Source: Octopus vulgaris
Lineage: Eukaryota
Direction: 5' to 3'
Length of the DNA: 64,000 bases
Assembly (NCBI GenBank): GCA_951406725.2
Contig: OX597836.1
Location: 2,046,001-2,110,000, forward strand
Part shown: piece after piece, positions 14,600-27,600 of the stretch
Position numbering within the stretch: position 1 is the stretch's first letter
Layout: each line of letters opens with the position of its first letter
Position numbers and translations under genes: made by a program
Notes under the pieces: generated by a model
Databases searched by the model: none
What the model was told of the DNA's origin: nothing
The model's input: only the letters and a program-made list of their open reading frames with translations

Positions 14600-15096
14600 G
14601 TGAGTTGTTTATACACAATGTATATTTACCTTGCAGAAAGAAAGATAGATCCGTCTACAAAGGAAGTAGATATATAATAGACATATTTATTTTGTTGTAT
14701 CCACTTCGGATTAGTTTCGCTATACGTCAGATCCCCCCGCGTATCATGCTTCTAATATGTGACTTGGTATTCGCTGGAACACGTTCTTTATACGCATACC
14801 GGAAGAAATGTGTCTTACACGAAAATATTTATTCATCTCACTAAGTGACATTAACACACCCACCTCCCGGAGTTAAAATCGAAATAAATAAATTCTAATG
14901 CAGGGCGTTGTAAGGGTGTGACTATTATTTATTAAGATATAAAGTACTTGAGATTGTTTGAGTTTTCCAAAACACAACTTTTGGGAAAATATCACTATAC
15001 CAAACAGAGGGATGTCAAACGACACAAAGGACCTCACATCTACTTTAGTGTCCATATATATATATACATATATATATATATATGTATGTCCCGGGT

Positions 15097-15387
<291 letters not shown>

Positions 15388-15432
15388 GTCTGTGTGCGTG
15401 GATTTGTGTGTGTGTGTGTGTGTTTACATACA

Positions 15433-15593
15433 GACGCAGGCGTGGCTCTGTGGGAAGAAGCTTGATTCCCAAGCACATGATTCTGCGTTCAGTCCCTCTG
15501 CCTGGTAATTTCGGCAAGTATCTTCTACTATAGACTCGAGGCGACCAAAGCCTGGCCGCAGCCAAATGACTGAATCAAGTAAAAGAATAAAAG
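15433..15593 (+). mobile_element. SINE family C, internally deleted
   Basis: gcaggcgtggctctgtgggaagaagctt...gttcagtccc...gcaagtatcttctactatag...cgaccaaagcct; A- and B-box-like motifs; shared with 16891 and 40125. Confidence 0.75.
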
Positions 15594-16890
15594 TATATAA
15601 TACAACACGTGATGAAGCTACTTGTCATGTACGTGAAACTAATTGTATTGCTTGTAATACATGTATAGTGAAACGCATACTATATATATACACACACACA
15701 CACACATATGTGTGTATGTATGTATATACGTAGCACATTTGTAGAAGCATAGCTAATGATAAATAACAAAGGCCTGAAATAAGGATGAACGCGTATCATT
15801 TCAATGACTAAACGAAAAGAATGGAAACGACGATGGAGTGCGCATGTCCAGGCGTTTGACTGAATCATTTTGATTCAACTTCTATGAGCAAACATGCGCA
15901 ATTAGCAAATCAAAAGCGATCACATTTACGATAAAACTAAATTAATTAAATTGATTCAAGATCACAAATAAAGCATATAACTAAAACTGATTTAGCAGAC
16001 GTAACTCTCCTTTCTCTTCGAGAAGGCAGCGTAATTTCGTGTAATGTGTCTGTCGTTTCTATAGAAATTTCGCAACTCTGTTTTGCAGCCGGATTGCTTT
16101 TGTTAGTTCAACAGATATAATGTTGTCTACACAGGTAGAGCAGTAAACTTCCAGATAATTATCCAGCTATACATAGACCATGAATGTTTGGATTGTTGTT
16201 AAGTATCTTCATTATTAGAAAACAGCTTCGTTTCGAAAATCATGAGATTTCAAGATGTTGATAGAACTTATTCTTGACGTTGGTCGTCATGCTGTTGTTG
16301 CTGTTTCATTTCTGCTGTTGTTGTTGTAGATGCTGCTGTTAGAAGCGATACAGTTGTATGTGGCGGTGGTGATGGTTCTAATGTTGGGGGTTCGGCAATT
16401 ACCGGTGGGGTGGAGTTAGATATCAATTGTATGGCTGCAATCTTCGCTTTTGCTGTTGTGTTGTTGCTGTTGTTGCTGGAGGCGGTTCTGTCGGTAGAGT
16501 TATATTTGCTGTTGTTTGAATTGGCGATGCTTGTGTTGATGGCTTTGGAGATGAAAGGAGAAATGTTCTTCAAATTATTGGTGTACCTGTTGAGGAAGTT
16601 AACGAGTCGAGATGAGGGCGGAGTCTTGTGGCCTTGTTGTTGTTAATGGTGGTTAATTTGTTGATACGGTAGTTTGATGGTATTGTTTGTGCTGGTGATG
16701 GTATTATTGGTAGCGCTGGTGATGGTGGCACCGATAATTCTGGTTTTGCTAAAGGCAAAATTCTCTTTATTCTCGTAGAATTTGTTGTTGTTGTGTTGAC
16801 CATACGATGATGATGGTGTTAATCAAGATCGGTCCTGATTGAAGAAACCAATTATAAATGGCATACTAAATATCGTAATTATTCCAGATA

Positions 16891-17036
16891 GGTGCAGGTG
16901 TGGCTGTGTGGTAAGAAGACTTTTTTTCCATCCACACGGTCCACGTTTCAGTCCCACCGCATGACACCTTCGGTGAGTGTCTTCTACTGGATTCACGGAT
17001 CGAGCAAAGCATTGCAAGTGGAAAGAAACCCGCCGT
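16891..17036 (+). mobile_element. SINE family C
   Basis: ggtgcaggtgtggctgtgtggtaagaag...ttcagtcccaccgc...gtgtcttctact. Confidence 0.75.
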
Positions 17037-17343
17037 AAAGATTTCGTTCTTCGTTTCTAGACATGAAGATATCTGCCATTGTGTTGGCTCCAGCGTGGGC
17101 ATTGCTCATGATTTTAGTTATGTCTCCAGAGCAAAGGAATATGATGTTCTTGCTACTGTTTTGCTTTTACTCGTTTCTCCATTTCTCGATTTGTTTTTGT
17201 TCTTCATTTGTGTGTGTGTGTTTCATGCTGTTGTTGTTGACGTTGTTGTTACTGTAACCGTTTTAACAACCATCTGGTATATATCAGCGTGTAACACGAA
17301 CATGAAAGAAAGGCATTTCATACCATACCACGGTTCCAAAGTA

Positions 17344-17466
<123 letters not shown>

Positions 17467-17739
17467 ACGGTGAGAGGCGGAGGGGATGAAGAGGAGAAAG
17501 GGGAAGCTAAGAAAAATGAATCAGATGGAGGTGACGAATTTTCTTATGGAGGTGAGAGTGAAAAAAAAAGAACTTGATAAGATTGATGATAATGACAACA
17601 ATAAAGATGACAATATGATGATGTAATGAGGAGGATGTGCTTTGCTTGGTTTAGATGGGGTGATCATTAAAGTCTCTATTCGTGGTTAGGTATATGTTTT
17701 TATGCATCTATCTCTGTGCGTGTAAGTATACACATATAC

Positions 17740-18067
<328 letters not shown>

Positions 18068-18068
18068 T

Positions 18069-18116
18069 TTGAATGAAACAGTTCTAGTCCTGTAGAAGCT
18101 CCTTCTATAAAATAAA
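18069..18116 (+). mobile_element. Family D fragment (3' half of the hammerhead)
   Basis: ttgaatgaaacagttctagtcctgtagaagctccttctata is identical to 15236-15276; lies inside (TA)n. Confidence 0.75.
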
Positions 18117-18140
18117 TATATATATATATATATGTGTGTA

Positions 18141-19405
18141 TTGGTTCACTCCATAAATATTGCGGTTATTTCACGTCGGAGCGAGACGGGATGAACTACT
18201 TGCATCAATTTGATATAATAGCAGTAAATAATTTTACCTTGATTTATTCTTTCTGCAAGTCCAAGTCGTGAAGGGTGCAGTTCGATTGTAACAGTTATTA
18301 TCAAAGTTATACTGGAAGTGACAAAGGAGCATATTCAGCATATCTTGCTTTTTGAGTTCAATAAATGCCACAACGCAACGAAATGTGCGAGGACTATTAA
18401 TGCTGTATATGGAGGCTGGACAATATGTGTAAGCCAGTGTCAACGGTCGTTCCAGAAACTCCGATCCGGAAGCTGCAGCCTAAATACAAGTCTCTTCCTG
18501 GAAGATCTGTAGAACATGACGAGGACGTGCTGTAATCACTGGTGGAACAGAATCCCATTGCTGACTCTTGAGGAACTAGCAGGGAAGCTTGGATTTCATC
18601 ATTCAACTATTCATCGGTACATGCGTGCCGTTGGAAATAGTCAGCAAATTAAGTCAATATATTCCTAACAAGCTTTTCAAGTCTAATCGCAGAGTGGGAA
18701 TGTGCGCTCTCCTTTGCTGCCACGTCTCACGGATGAACCATTTTAGGACCGAATAGCCACTGGTGACAAGAAATGGGTTCTCTATAGAAATGTGAAACAC
18801 CGAAGACAGTGGTGAGAAAGCACCGGTGAGAGTGGTAGGGAAAGGAGAATCACGAGTGCCCCAGCTTAAAAAATGTATTCACCCACGTAAGGTGATGTTA
18901 TCTGTTTGCTTGGATATGAAAGGTTTAATCCACTTTAAACTTTTAAACCAAACGATAACAAAGGAGATCTACTACAAGCAGCAAGAGCGGCTTAAGTCAG
19001 CGCTAGAAAGAAAACGGCTATCTTCACCTTCAAGACGAAAGGTGTTCTGCCATCAGGATAATGCTCGGCCACTTACGGCAAGGATGACATTCAAAAGGCT
19101 GGAGCAGATTGAACAGGAAACGACACCCCACCTACCATATTCGCCGGACATTGTCCCATCTGATCGTCTATTCGGAAAAACTATGAATTCTGTAGACAAG
19201 GTCAGGACAGTACTGGAGAAGTATGATTCGTCACGGACAAGTGAATTTTGAAGGAGTCGCCTCGCAAGTCCAGCAGATAAATGGATGTATATTGTAGAAA
19301 TGAAAGAGTGTTTATTTTAGCTTAAAACAGAAGTTTGTTTATCTTAATATTAAAAAATATATAAAATGTATTTAAAAAAAATACCCTCTTTTTGTGATAA
19401 CCCAA
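18141..19405 (+). mobile_element. Full-length, inactivated mariner (DD34D) DNA transposon, ~1.27 kb
   Basis: TA on both flanks; diverged TIRs (ttggttcactccataaatattgcggtt / taccctctttttgtgataacccaa); transposase pseudogene inside. Confidence 0.9.
18312..19324 (+). pseudogene. Mariner transposase pseudogene (stops, frameshifts, deletions)
   Basis: EVTKEHIQHILLFEFNK...ARTINAVYG; F*DRIATGDKKWVLY; HPRKVMLSV; HQDNARP...YSPDIVPSD with exactly 34 residues between the 2nd and 3rd Asp. Confidence 0.92.
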
Positions 19406-19480
19406 TACGTATGAAAATAAGTGAGAATAGTTGAAATATTTTCCTTATATTTCTGCTCGTGTGGCATAAAATAACTTTGT

Positions 19481-19566
<86 letters not shown>

Positions 19567-19780
19567 ACCACGCTTGCAAAGGAATTGTATATATTTGTGG
19601 AGGAATATAGCCTATGCTTCCACGTGCCAATTCAATTATATATGCACGCTCGCGTGCGCATGTATAGGGCTGTGTCAGTGAGCGCGCCTGCGAATGTGTG
19701 AATTTAAACAGGCGCATACTTACAATCTAAAGATATCATTTATTTTCACAGCTGAACTTCTAAATATGATTATTGTAGGC

Positions 19781-19820
<40 letters not shown>

Positions 19821-20184
19821 ATTGAGTACACGTGTATAAATACGTGCGTGTGTGTATGGGTTTTTCTTAGTGTGTTTGAGTATGCGTACTTGTTTGTTCT
19901 TTCTTTGGTAACGTGACAAACGTCTGCAATGGAAATCATAAACCGTGTCTAATTGTTATATAATAGACTGCTTAGTGAGGATGCACAACGAAACAGGAAG
20001 AACACGAAATAAAAAGAAGAAAGGATTATCAACAACCGCAACAACAAGAGCAACAACAACATTACTACTAACCGCAACCACAGGAACCACGGTATTAGAA
20101 ACACCGTAGCGATGATGCAGCAAACACTAATAGTGTTACCGGAATAAAGAACAATAACATTAAGTAACAATAACGTTAGGTAAC

Positions 20185-20378
20185 CTGGGTAAATGGCGTC
20201 CCTCCGCCCACGTTTGTGTCCAACTGAGACGAGGTTGCACTGTGTCACATCTCTAGCAAATTCTACAACGCTGTGTTGATAACAAGGAATGGCATTGTGG
20301 CGGGTGCACTCAGGGTATTTCGGTGTGGGTCGAGCAACAATTGCTGCTCTCTGCAACGCAACAGAACACACCAGGCAT
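20185..20378 (-). other. Possible coding exon or non-coding regulatory island (unverified)
   Basis: Unique, relatively GC-rich island; acceptor cttatcttatctttag, weak donor cag|gttacc; open frame CLVCSVALQRAAIVARPTPKYPECTRHNAIPCYQHSVVEFARDVTQCNLVSVGHKRGRRDAIYP; no homolog recognised. Confidence 0.25.
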
Positions 20379-20431
20379 CTAAAGATAAGATAAGTTGGCA
20401 ACAGGTGGAAATAATGAGAATGGTTGTTTAT

Positions 20432-20624
20432 TTATCCTTTCGGAGTCGATAAAATAAGTACCAGTTGAGCAGTTGGAGGCGGTGCAGTCGATTTGCACTC
20501 CCTCCACCGAAAGTTGCTAGCTAAGTGCTAAGGTTCGAAATCATCATCAGCAGCAGCAGCCTCATCATCATCGTCATCATCGTCGTCGTCGTTGTCGTCA
20601 TCATCACCATCATCAATATTAATT

Positions 20625-20702
<78 letters not shown>

Positions 20703-21190
20703 TTACTACTACTACATTAAGGCAGCAAACTGGCAGGATCTGTAGCACGCCGGATAAAATATTTAACGGTGTTTCGTCCGTATTTACTTTCGGATTTCAA
20801 ATTCCGCAGCGGTAGGCTTTCCCTTTCATCCTTTCGGAGTCGATGAAATAACTTTCCCTTCGGACATTGGGCTCGATTTAGTCGACAAGCAACATCCTGT
20901 AAAAAATTTCAAGTCTCGTACTTGTTATAGAAAGAACTATTGTGATTCAGGCGGCGAACTTGCAGAATTTCTTGCGCCTTGGACAAAAGAAAAAAAAAAA
21001 ATATTAGCTGGGCATTTCTTTGGGCATTTTACGCGCTGTGTTCAAGTGCCGGCGCGACAACCTTGCCTTTTATTATTTCAGGGTCGAGAATCTAATGTAA
21101 CAAGCAAGCACTGAGGCTATGCAATCGATTAACCTTTATCCCTTTACGTTCGATGGCCCTGAGCCAAAATGGTGAGATACACATTATTGT
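20432..21190 (+). mobile_element. Cluster of three family A SINE copies (20432-20540, 20719-20940, 20950-21190) with (CAT)n/(ACT)n between the first two
   Basis: Repeated tcctttcggagtcgataaaataagtaccag core and ggcRgcRaRctKgcag heads. Confidence 0.75.
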
Positions 21191-21463
21191 TATTATCAAT
21201 ATTTTGTAATTACTATGCACACGATGGTAATAGGAATATTACATGGTAAACTAATCAAAGAGATGATCTTCGCAACAAGAAACGGTTATTTTGGCATCGA
21301 ATTTAACGGTATTCGAAATAAATGAAATGCGCAGTTTGATTGCCAGGACAGCAACTAAGGTTTCATTAACAGCCAGTCCTTCTAGTTTCATAAGAGAAAG
21401 ATATGATACGGTGCAAATGGTTAAATAAGGAGCTAGTGACATGTATATATATATATGTACATA

Positions 21464-21605
21464 ACGCAACGTGTCCGGGCAGTAAGACGCTCTCTTACCA
21501 ACCACAAGTTTGAATGTCATAGCGTGGCAATTTGAACAAACCTCGAGACGACCAGTCTCTTGTGCGTGGATTTGAACGGAAACTTCGAGAAGAGCCGTGT
21601 CTATA
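21464..21605 (+). mobile_element. SINE family C, degraded
   Basis: gtaagacgctctcttaccaaccac...gcgtggca...cgacca...ttgtgcgtggattt..acggaaact aligns by eye with the copies at 16891 and 40125. Confidence 0.6.
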
Positions 21606-22717
21606 TACAGACACATTCACACATACACACAAGTATATATATATATATATTTGTGTGTATGTATGAATGTGTCTGTTTGTCTGAATGTATGTTTGTGTGT
21701 GTGTGTGTGCGTGTGTGTGTGTATGCGCATATCTGTGTTGGTCAACAGTGAAGACTCCCACGTCACATAGCGGCGGTCTTCAAATACTTCGGGGAGTGAT
21801 TTTAGCATCATAAATAACCATGGTCTAAGTATCACTAAGAATCACTCGAATATGCTCATATGTAGAGAATTGTCTCCTAGAGGACGAATATTAACGAGAA
21901 TATTTTGTATGCATGACCGATATGTGTCAAAGACCATCGCTGCCTGTTTCATTGGGCTGTACGAAGGCATTTTCAAAATAGGCGCATATCGTCAAACGCA
22001 AATAACGAAAAGATTAGCAACATGCTAAAGCAGTTTCTAGCCAGAAAGATAGCGTTCAAGAATACATCTAAATTTTGGTAGATTTATCTCACTGCGAAAT
22101 CCATGTTATTGGTAAGAAATATCCAATTTTAATAAGTTAAAATAACCGAGCAAATATCAATTTGTCGCCAGCTGTGAAAGATGCAATTTAGCATCACCAA
22201 AGGAGAGCCGCATCAGAAGATTTATTTCTAAAAAGTTACCTCAAGATCATCGAGCACGTGCCCAATGGAAATCCCCTGGAGCTTTTGAATTTATGAACTA
22301 ATATTTCATTTTCTGATATTTTTGTTTGAGTTATAAGTAGTGTTGACTGTAAATTCAATCTGAAGAAATATTTCCGTTTAATGAAAGAAACATGTTTACC
22401 AAAATGATTGTAATTTAATACAAGAAGAGAAATGGTTCTCTCAGATAGAAAAGATATCTGCGATCCAAAAGAGTAAACACACTGATTTACACATAGCCAT
22501 ATGCATGCATAAACGCATAGGCACACACAGGCACTCGGAACACGCAAGTGAAGGAGAACTTACGCAATTATGATAACACACTAATATAGACTTGTAAATA
22601 TGTGCACGTATAGCTACATGCTTAGAGCAATAATTAGAAAGATGTGTAAAAGAAGGTAGAAAAATCTAAGAAAAATATGCTCCTTCTAAAATAACACTTT
22701 ATATTGTTCTTTAAGTG

Positions 22718-22750
<33 letters not shown>

Positions 22751-23111
22751 CTGTTCGTCGAAAGTATACTTCACAGTTTGCGATGTACTTTCTGCTATGC
22801 GTTTGTGTAAAGTTTCATGAATTTCACAAATGACGTCAAACTCATGGAAATTCCAAAACTCTGATAAAAGATGTTGTTTTTATTCTTATAAGTATGTATA
22901 TAAATACATGATATATATATTTGGTGAAGCCATAATTACTTTACGCCAGTATTTCTAAAATGTGTGTATGTGCCAGTGTGTGTGTGTATACGCACTTTTA
23001 CGCTTCTGTGACGAGGTGTACACAAACAAACGGACACATATAAACAGAATCCCAGAAGGCACCTACACACATTTACATCAATGTTTGTGAGAATATGCAT
23101 GCATATATATG

Positions 23112-23200
<89 letters not shown>

Positions 23201-23369
23201 ATTCACACATCATAGATAGGAGTGCGAATCTTATCCGAATTATCCTATTAAAACATTTTTATGTCTGCACAAATTTACGTTCTTTCTTATGAATATACAT
23301 AAAAGCAAACAATATATATTCAAACATATGTATATTTTATGCATACCGGCATTCATAAACACCCGGCGT

Positions 23370-23424
<55 letters not shown>

Positions 23425-23470
23425 CATATCGATATATATATATATATATATATATACATTCATATCAATT

Positions 23471-23521
<51 letters not shown>

Positions 23522-23878
23522 GCATGCATGTATGTACGTATATGCAGATATAAGTACAAATGTTGAAGTTCGTATGGAAGTACGCACATTTCTCCAGTCA
23601 TTATGAAGAAATATCACACGTCGGTCTTTCTACATCCTGAAGGCAGTGGAGGTGATGTAATTGAATGAAGCCGCAAGAAATTTCGCGAAGAATAAGATGA
23701 CGCCATTAGAGATAAGAAGATACTTTATGCCCAAAGACGCGCAACCAAATATCTCGCACAAACATCACAATCTAGAGTGAGAGATGCAGAGTTGTTGACG
23801 TTTCTATTCATAACAGTACCTGAGCGTACGTGTGTTTCGAGCATATGTCTAAATTACACATTTATATATACATATGCA

Positions 23879-23937
<59 letters not shown>

Positions 23938-24780
23938 ATGATTGTGTGTATTTATGTATTTATATGTATTATGTTTATATTTATGAGTATATATATATGT
24001 AGACATACGTATACGTACACGCACACATACGTGTGTATATATACATATATATATATATATTTATATGTATATATGTATGTATGTATATACATTTATATAT
24101 ATATATATGTATATATATGCATACATATATATGTATATATATACATACACACATAAATCTATATACATATATATATACATATATACATACACACACGCAC
24201 ACACATACATATATACATTCACATATATATGTCTGAGTGTGTATGGATGTGTTGTGTGTGTTTGCGTGTGTCTTTTAGTATGTCTTTGTATGTCTGCAGA
24301 TATGCAGATATTCATCTATATATACATATCGCTATATATCTATTCGTGTAGTTATATTATTTTTCTCAACGTCGCTTCGTTTATGCAACACAAAATCTGT
24401 AAAAACGATAAACTCAGTGCTTTCAAATGTATAACTAATTGCAATTACAATTATATTAGTTTCTTTACTTTTACAAATTTCCTAACTCGTTTTATATTAA
24501 TCGTAGAAGAGAAAAACGTCAAAATATATCGCCGTTGTATAATCCTTTAACCAATTGCACAATCTGGTTTGTGCACTTCCATTTACCTCATTGAGCACTT
24601 AATACCGAGTAATGAAAAGTCATGTCTACGCTGTTTTGTGGGTCGCTGAGTAAATATCAGCAAAAGTTGAAATTCAACAACACATCAGCTTTTATATAAT
24701 ATATTTTCTCTCTACCTATACGTGTATATAAATACATATACATAGATAAATATATATTTAATTACATAATATATATATAC

Positions 24781-24850
24781 ATCAAATGAAATAAAATAAA
24801 CAGAACACAAAGGATCTCGCGGTACACGTGTTTCAAGCTTTATACAACAA
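24781..24850 (-). mobile_element. Penelope-like remnant with the 3' half of a hammerhead
   Basis: Minus strand cuU-GAAA-C-ACGU-G-UA (palindromic stem III, GUA triplet), followed by a T-rich tail, between TA-rich tracts. Confidence 0.45.
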
Positions 24851-24951
24851 CCTATATATACATATATGTATATATATATATATGTATATTAAAAAAAAAC
24901 AAATATCTATATCTCCTATCATTTATTTTTCTCTCTGTATGTATATATATA

Positions 24952-25386
24952 TATAATCAAAAATAAGTAAACAAGAATGGATCCGGTAATTTACTACAAT
25001 TGTGAACTTAATTTTGGTGAACTTAATTTTGGTCTGTTTGGCATTCTAACAATACTATCTCATGTTCCCGAGATTCATATCTACATCTTTATCTGTATAT
25101 TTACATTCTCTAGGATGTTACTAACTGATTTGAGAATTTTATATTATTGGAAAACCGATATGAAATTAGCTGAAGATTACTTGACATATTATATCTGCTG
25201 TAATATTTACAGCTTTTAATAAAATGTTATAGTATGAAACAATTGTACTAAATTACCGGATCCATTCTTAGTGCTTATTTTTGATTATAATCACCCCGCA
25301 TATTTTTATGGGTAACACCACAAAAAATTTCTGGTGCATCTAAATTAAGTGCCATATTCATTTGAATCTAAATTGTTTGATGAACT

Positions 25387-25390
<4 letters not shown>
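24952..25390 (+). mobile_element. Penelope-like/retrozyme-like remnant with an inverted terminal segment (arms 24952-25003 and 25239-25289)
   Basis: tataatcaaaaataag...aagaatggatccggtaattta(c/g)tacaattgt occurs in inverted orientation; (TA)n on both sides; hammerhead inside. Confidence 0.75.
25163..25254 (+). ncRNA. Type I hammerhead ribozyme core with a long stem II
   Basis: Stem I UUAG/CUAA; CUGAAGA at 25170-25176; stem II with paired segments UAC/GUA, UGACAU/AUGUUA, AUUA/UAAU, GCUGUAA/UUACAGC; GAAA at 25236-25239; C-AAUU-G; GUA with predicted cleavage after 25247. Confidence 0.78.
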
Positions 25391-25459
<69 letters not shown>

Positions 25460-25678
25460 GTATAACTATGTACGTATCTATAATATCTATATATAACCCT
25501 ATGTATGTGTAAATATGTTATATATTTATATACACACATATATATATATGCGTACAAACACATCTCTCTCTCTCTCTATTTCTCTCTCTCTATATATATA
25601 TGAGGTAGTTTATATAAATATATACATACATGCACCCACACATATATATTTACATATATATATATGTATACATATATT

Positions 25679-25729
<51 letters not shown>

Positions 25730-26378
25730 CAATACTTTAATGAGTGCCACTGAAATTTATGCAACACCATTTCAGATCAATTTGTTAATTTCTTGATACT
25801 TTTGAAATGTAGAATGTTTTCTTTATATCGTACAAATTACGTGACGTTTTCTATGACGTGGCTCCATCCAGCGTTTCCATTGGGCGCTGCTAAAGTATAG
25901 ATGTAACTTACAATTCAGTACAACTTCCCTATAATTATCAATCTTTCTCTTCCCATCCGTACTGCGCCGTCCTAACTCTTCAGAAACAGAATTTTCGACG
26001 CATTTATTGCCATGGTTTCTTCTAGCACATAGCATGCAATTATATCTACAGAATGACTTTTTTTAACTACGTAGTAGATTTGCGGACTTGCTGGATCAAA
26101 CACACCCATGTTTTGCAAACCGTAACACCAAATGAAACATATAATCTGTAAAAACGATTCGGGATATATACATATATGTTTTTATTTTCTCCTATGATAT
26201 GAATATTGATGGTTGCTACAAAAGTCAGTGATATATATATATAGACTTAAGAACATTCTAATATAGTACTTATATTCCTTATATACAACATACAACCTTT
26301 TGACATACAACAGAGGGTCGTCAACCAAAGTGGATAAAATATCTACGGCTTCTGCTGGTGGTGCTGCTACTACTACTG

Positions 26379-26421
<43 letters not shown>

Positions 26422-26525
26422 CATCACCACTACTACTCCAATCGTAATGCAATTCATATAAAATGCAATTGAGAAAGAGACAGCCAAAAGAATACCAGGT
26501 GACCATCATTACCACATTGACCTTG

Positions 26526-26569
<44 letters not shown>

Positions 26570-27305
26570 CATAATAATAATAACCATGAATTTGCCCCTA
26601 GAATGATAAAAAGCAAAGTTGCCTTCAGTTACGTTGTAACTCTGAAACGTAGAAGAACATCAAAGCTGTTGGGAGGAAAATACCAAAGAAACCTCAGCAG
26701 AAGGAATTGCATCGTAGAGAAATTATTGACTGTCGAGTCCAATGCTTAGAAAAAGAACTTACAACTCTTATACCAGAGATTAAAATATGAAAGAAATATT
26801 TTTATAAATGTAACTGTCATTTAAAAGTCCGGTATCAGCTCCAGGCTTCAATACGAATGTCACAACGGAAAATAAATAACCTTAAACAAATGCTGAGAAA
26901 TATATCAATTGTGAGTAAAAAAAGAAAATGAACGGCAGCAGATTCAGGGGGATTACATCTGTCAGAATCTTGCAGGAGTACAAAGAAAATGTTTGACACT
27001 TCATAGTAAACAGTATCATAAATAAGGGAGCAGATGTGGACGTTTGTATCTAAAGCCCTCCTCTGGTTTAAAAAGAAAAACGTTAAATTATTCCATTGTG
27101 TCTGTTTCAAAAATCACATAACAAAAGATTACAAGGGCGTAATATATATTTCAAGCATGCACGCACACGGTCCTCACACCCAAATATGCATATACATAAA
27201 CACATATAATTTATATATATAAGTGTCTGTATAAGTGCTTCTGTAAATAGGCACTTATGATTCCTTTGGAAAATCTTCTAAGAAGTGAGGAGTAATTTGA
27301 TAATA

Positions 27306-27452
27306 TTACCATCTTGCTGAGCGTGCTCGGATGTTCTTATCCCGCATACGCCATCCATCGTCGTCCGATATTTCTTGATGAAGGACTTCAGGAAGGAATC
27401 GAGTGTCTGTGGTGAGTTGATCTACACATTTTGTGTTCGGACGAACTCTTGT
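27306..27452 (-). mobile_element. RTE-clade LINE ORF C-terminal remnant
   Basis: Open frame RVRPNTKCVDQLTTDTRFLPEVLHQEISDDDGWRMRDKNIRARSARW* resembles the RTE ending GRP..TY.DQL..DTG...EDL...M.DR..WR..V..IRA. Confidence 0.65.
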
Positions 27453-27472
27453 AATACGACCATTATTTTGGC

Positions 27473-27600
27473 ATACCAGATGGTATCAAAAAGTTTCCTG
27501 ACTTACTATGTAACGCGCCAACAGATGGCAGCAGATAGCTGCGTGCGCAGCGAGAGCTAGCTGTGCACTTCATGAGGCACTGTACCGAGTTACATCACTT
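27473..27600 (+). mobile_element. Mariner 5' end, same family as 6223
   Basis: ggtatcaaaaagtttcctgact...ccaacagatggca...tgcgcagcgagag shared with 6229-6310. Confidence 0.75.

Noticed and set aside
15603-15655. GUGAUGA...UGAAAC-UAAUU-GUA hammerhead-like pattern
   Set aside because: C3 is missing and no stem I can form
21499-21600. Apparent minus-strand exon (ag...gtaaga) that would splice to 20378 and create an in-frame CG-UGA-C, selenoprotein-like motif
   Set aside because: The segment is the antisense of a degraded family C SINE; no SECIS evidence; treated as coincidence
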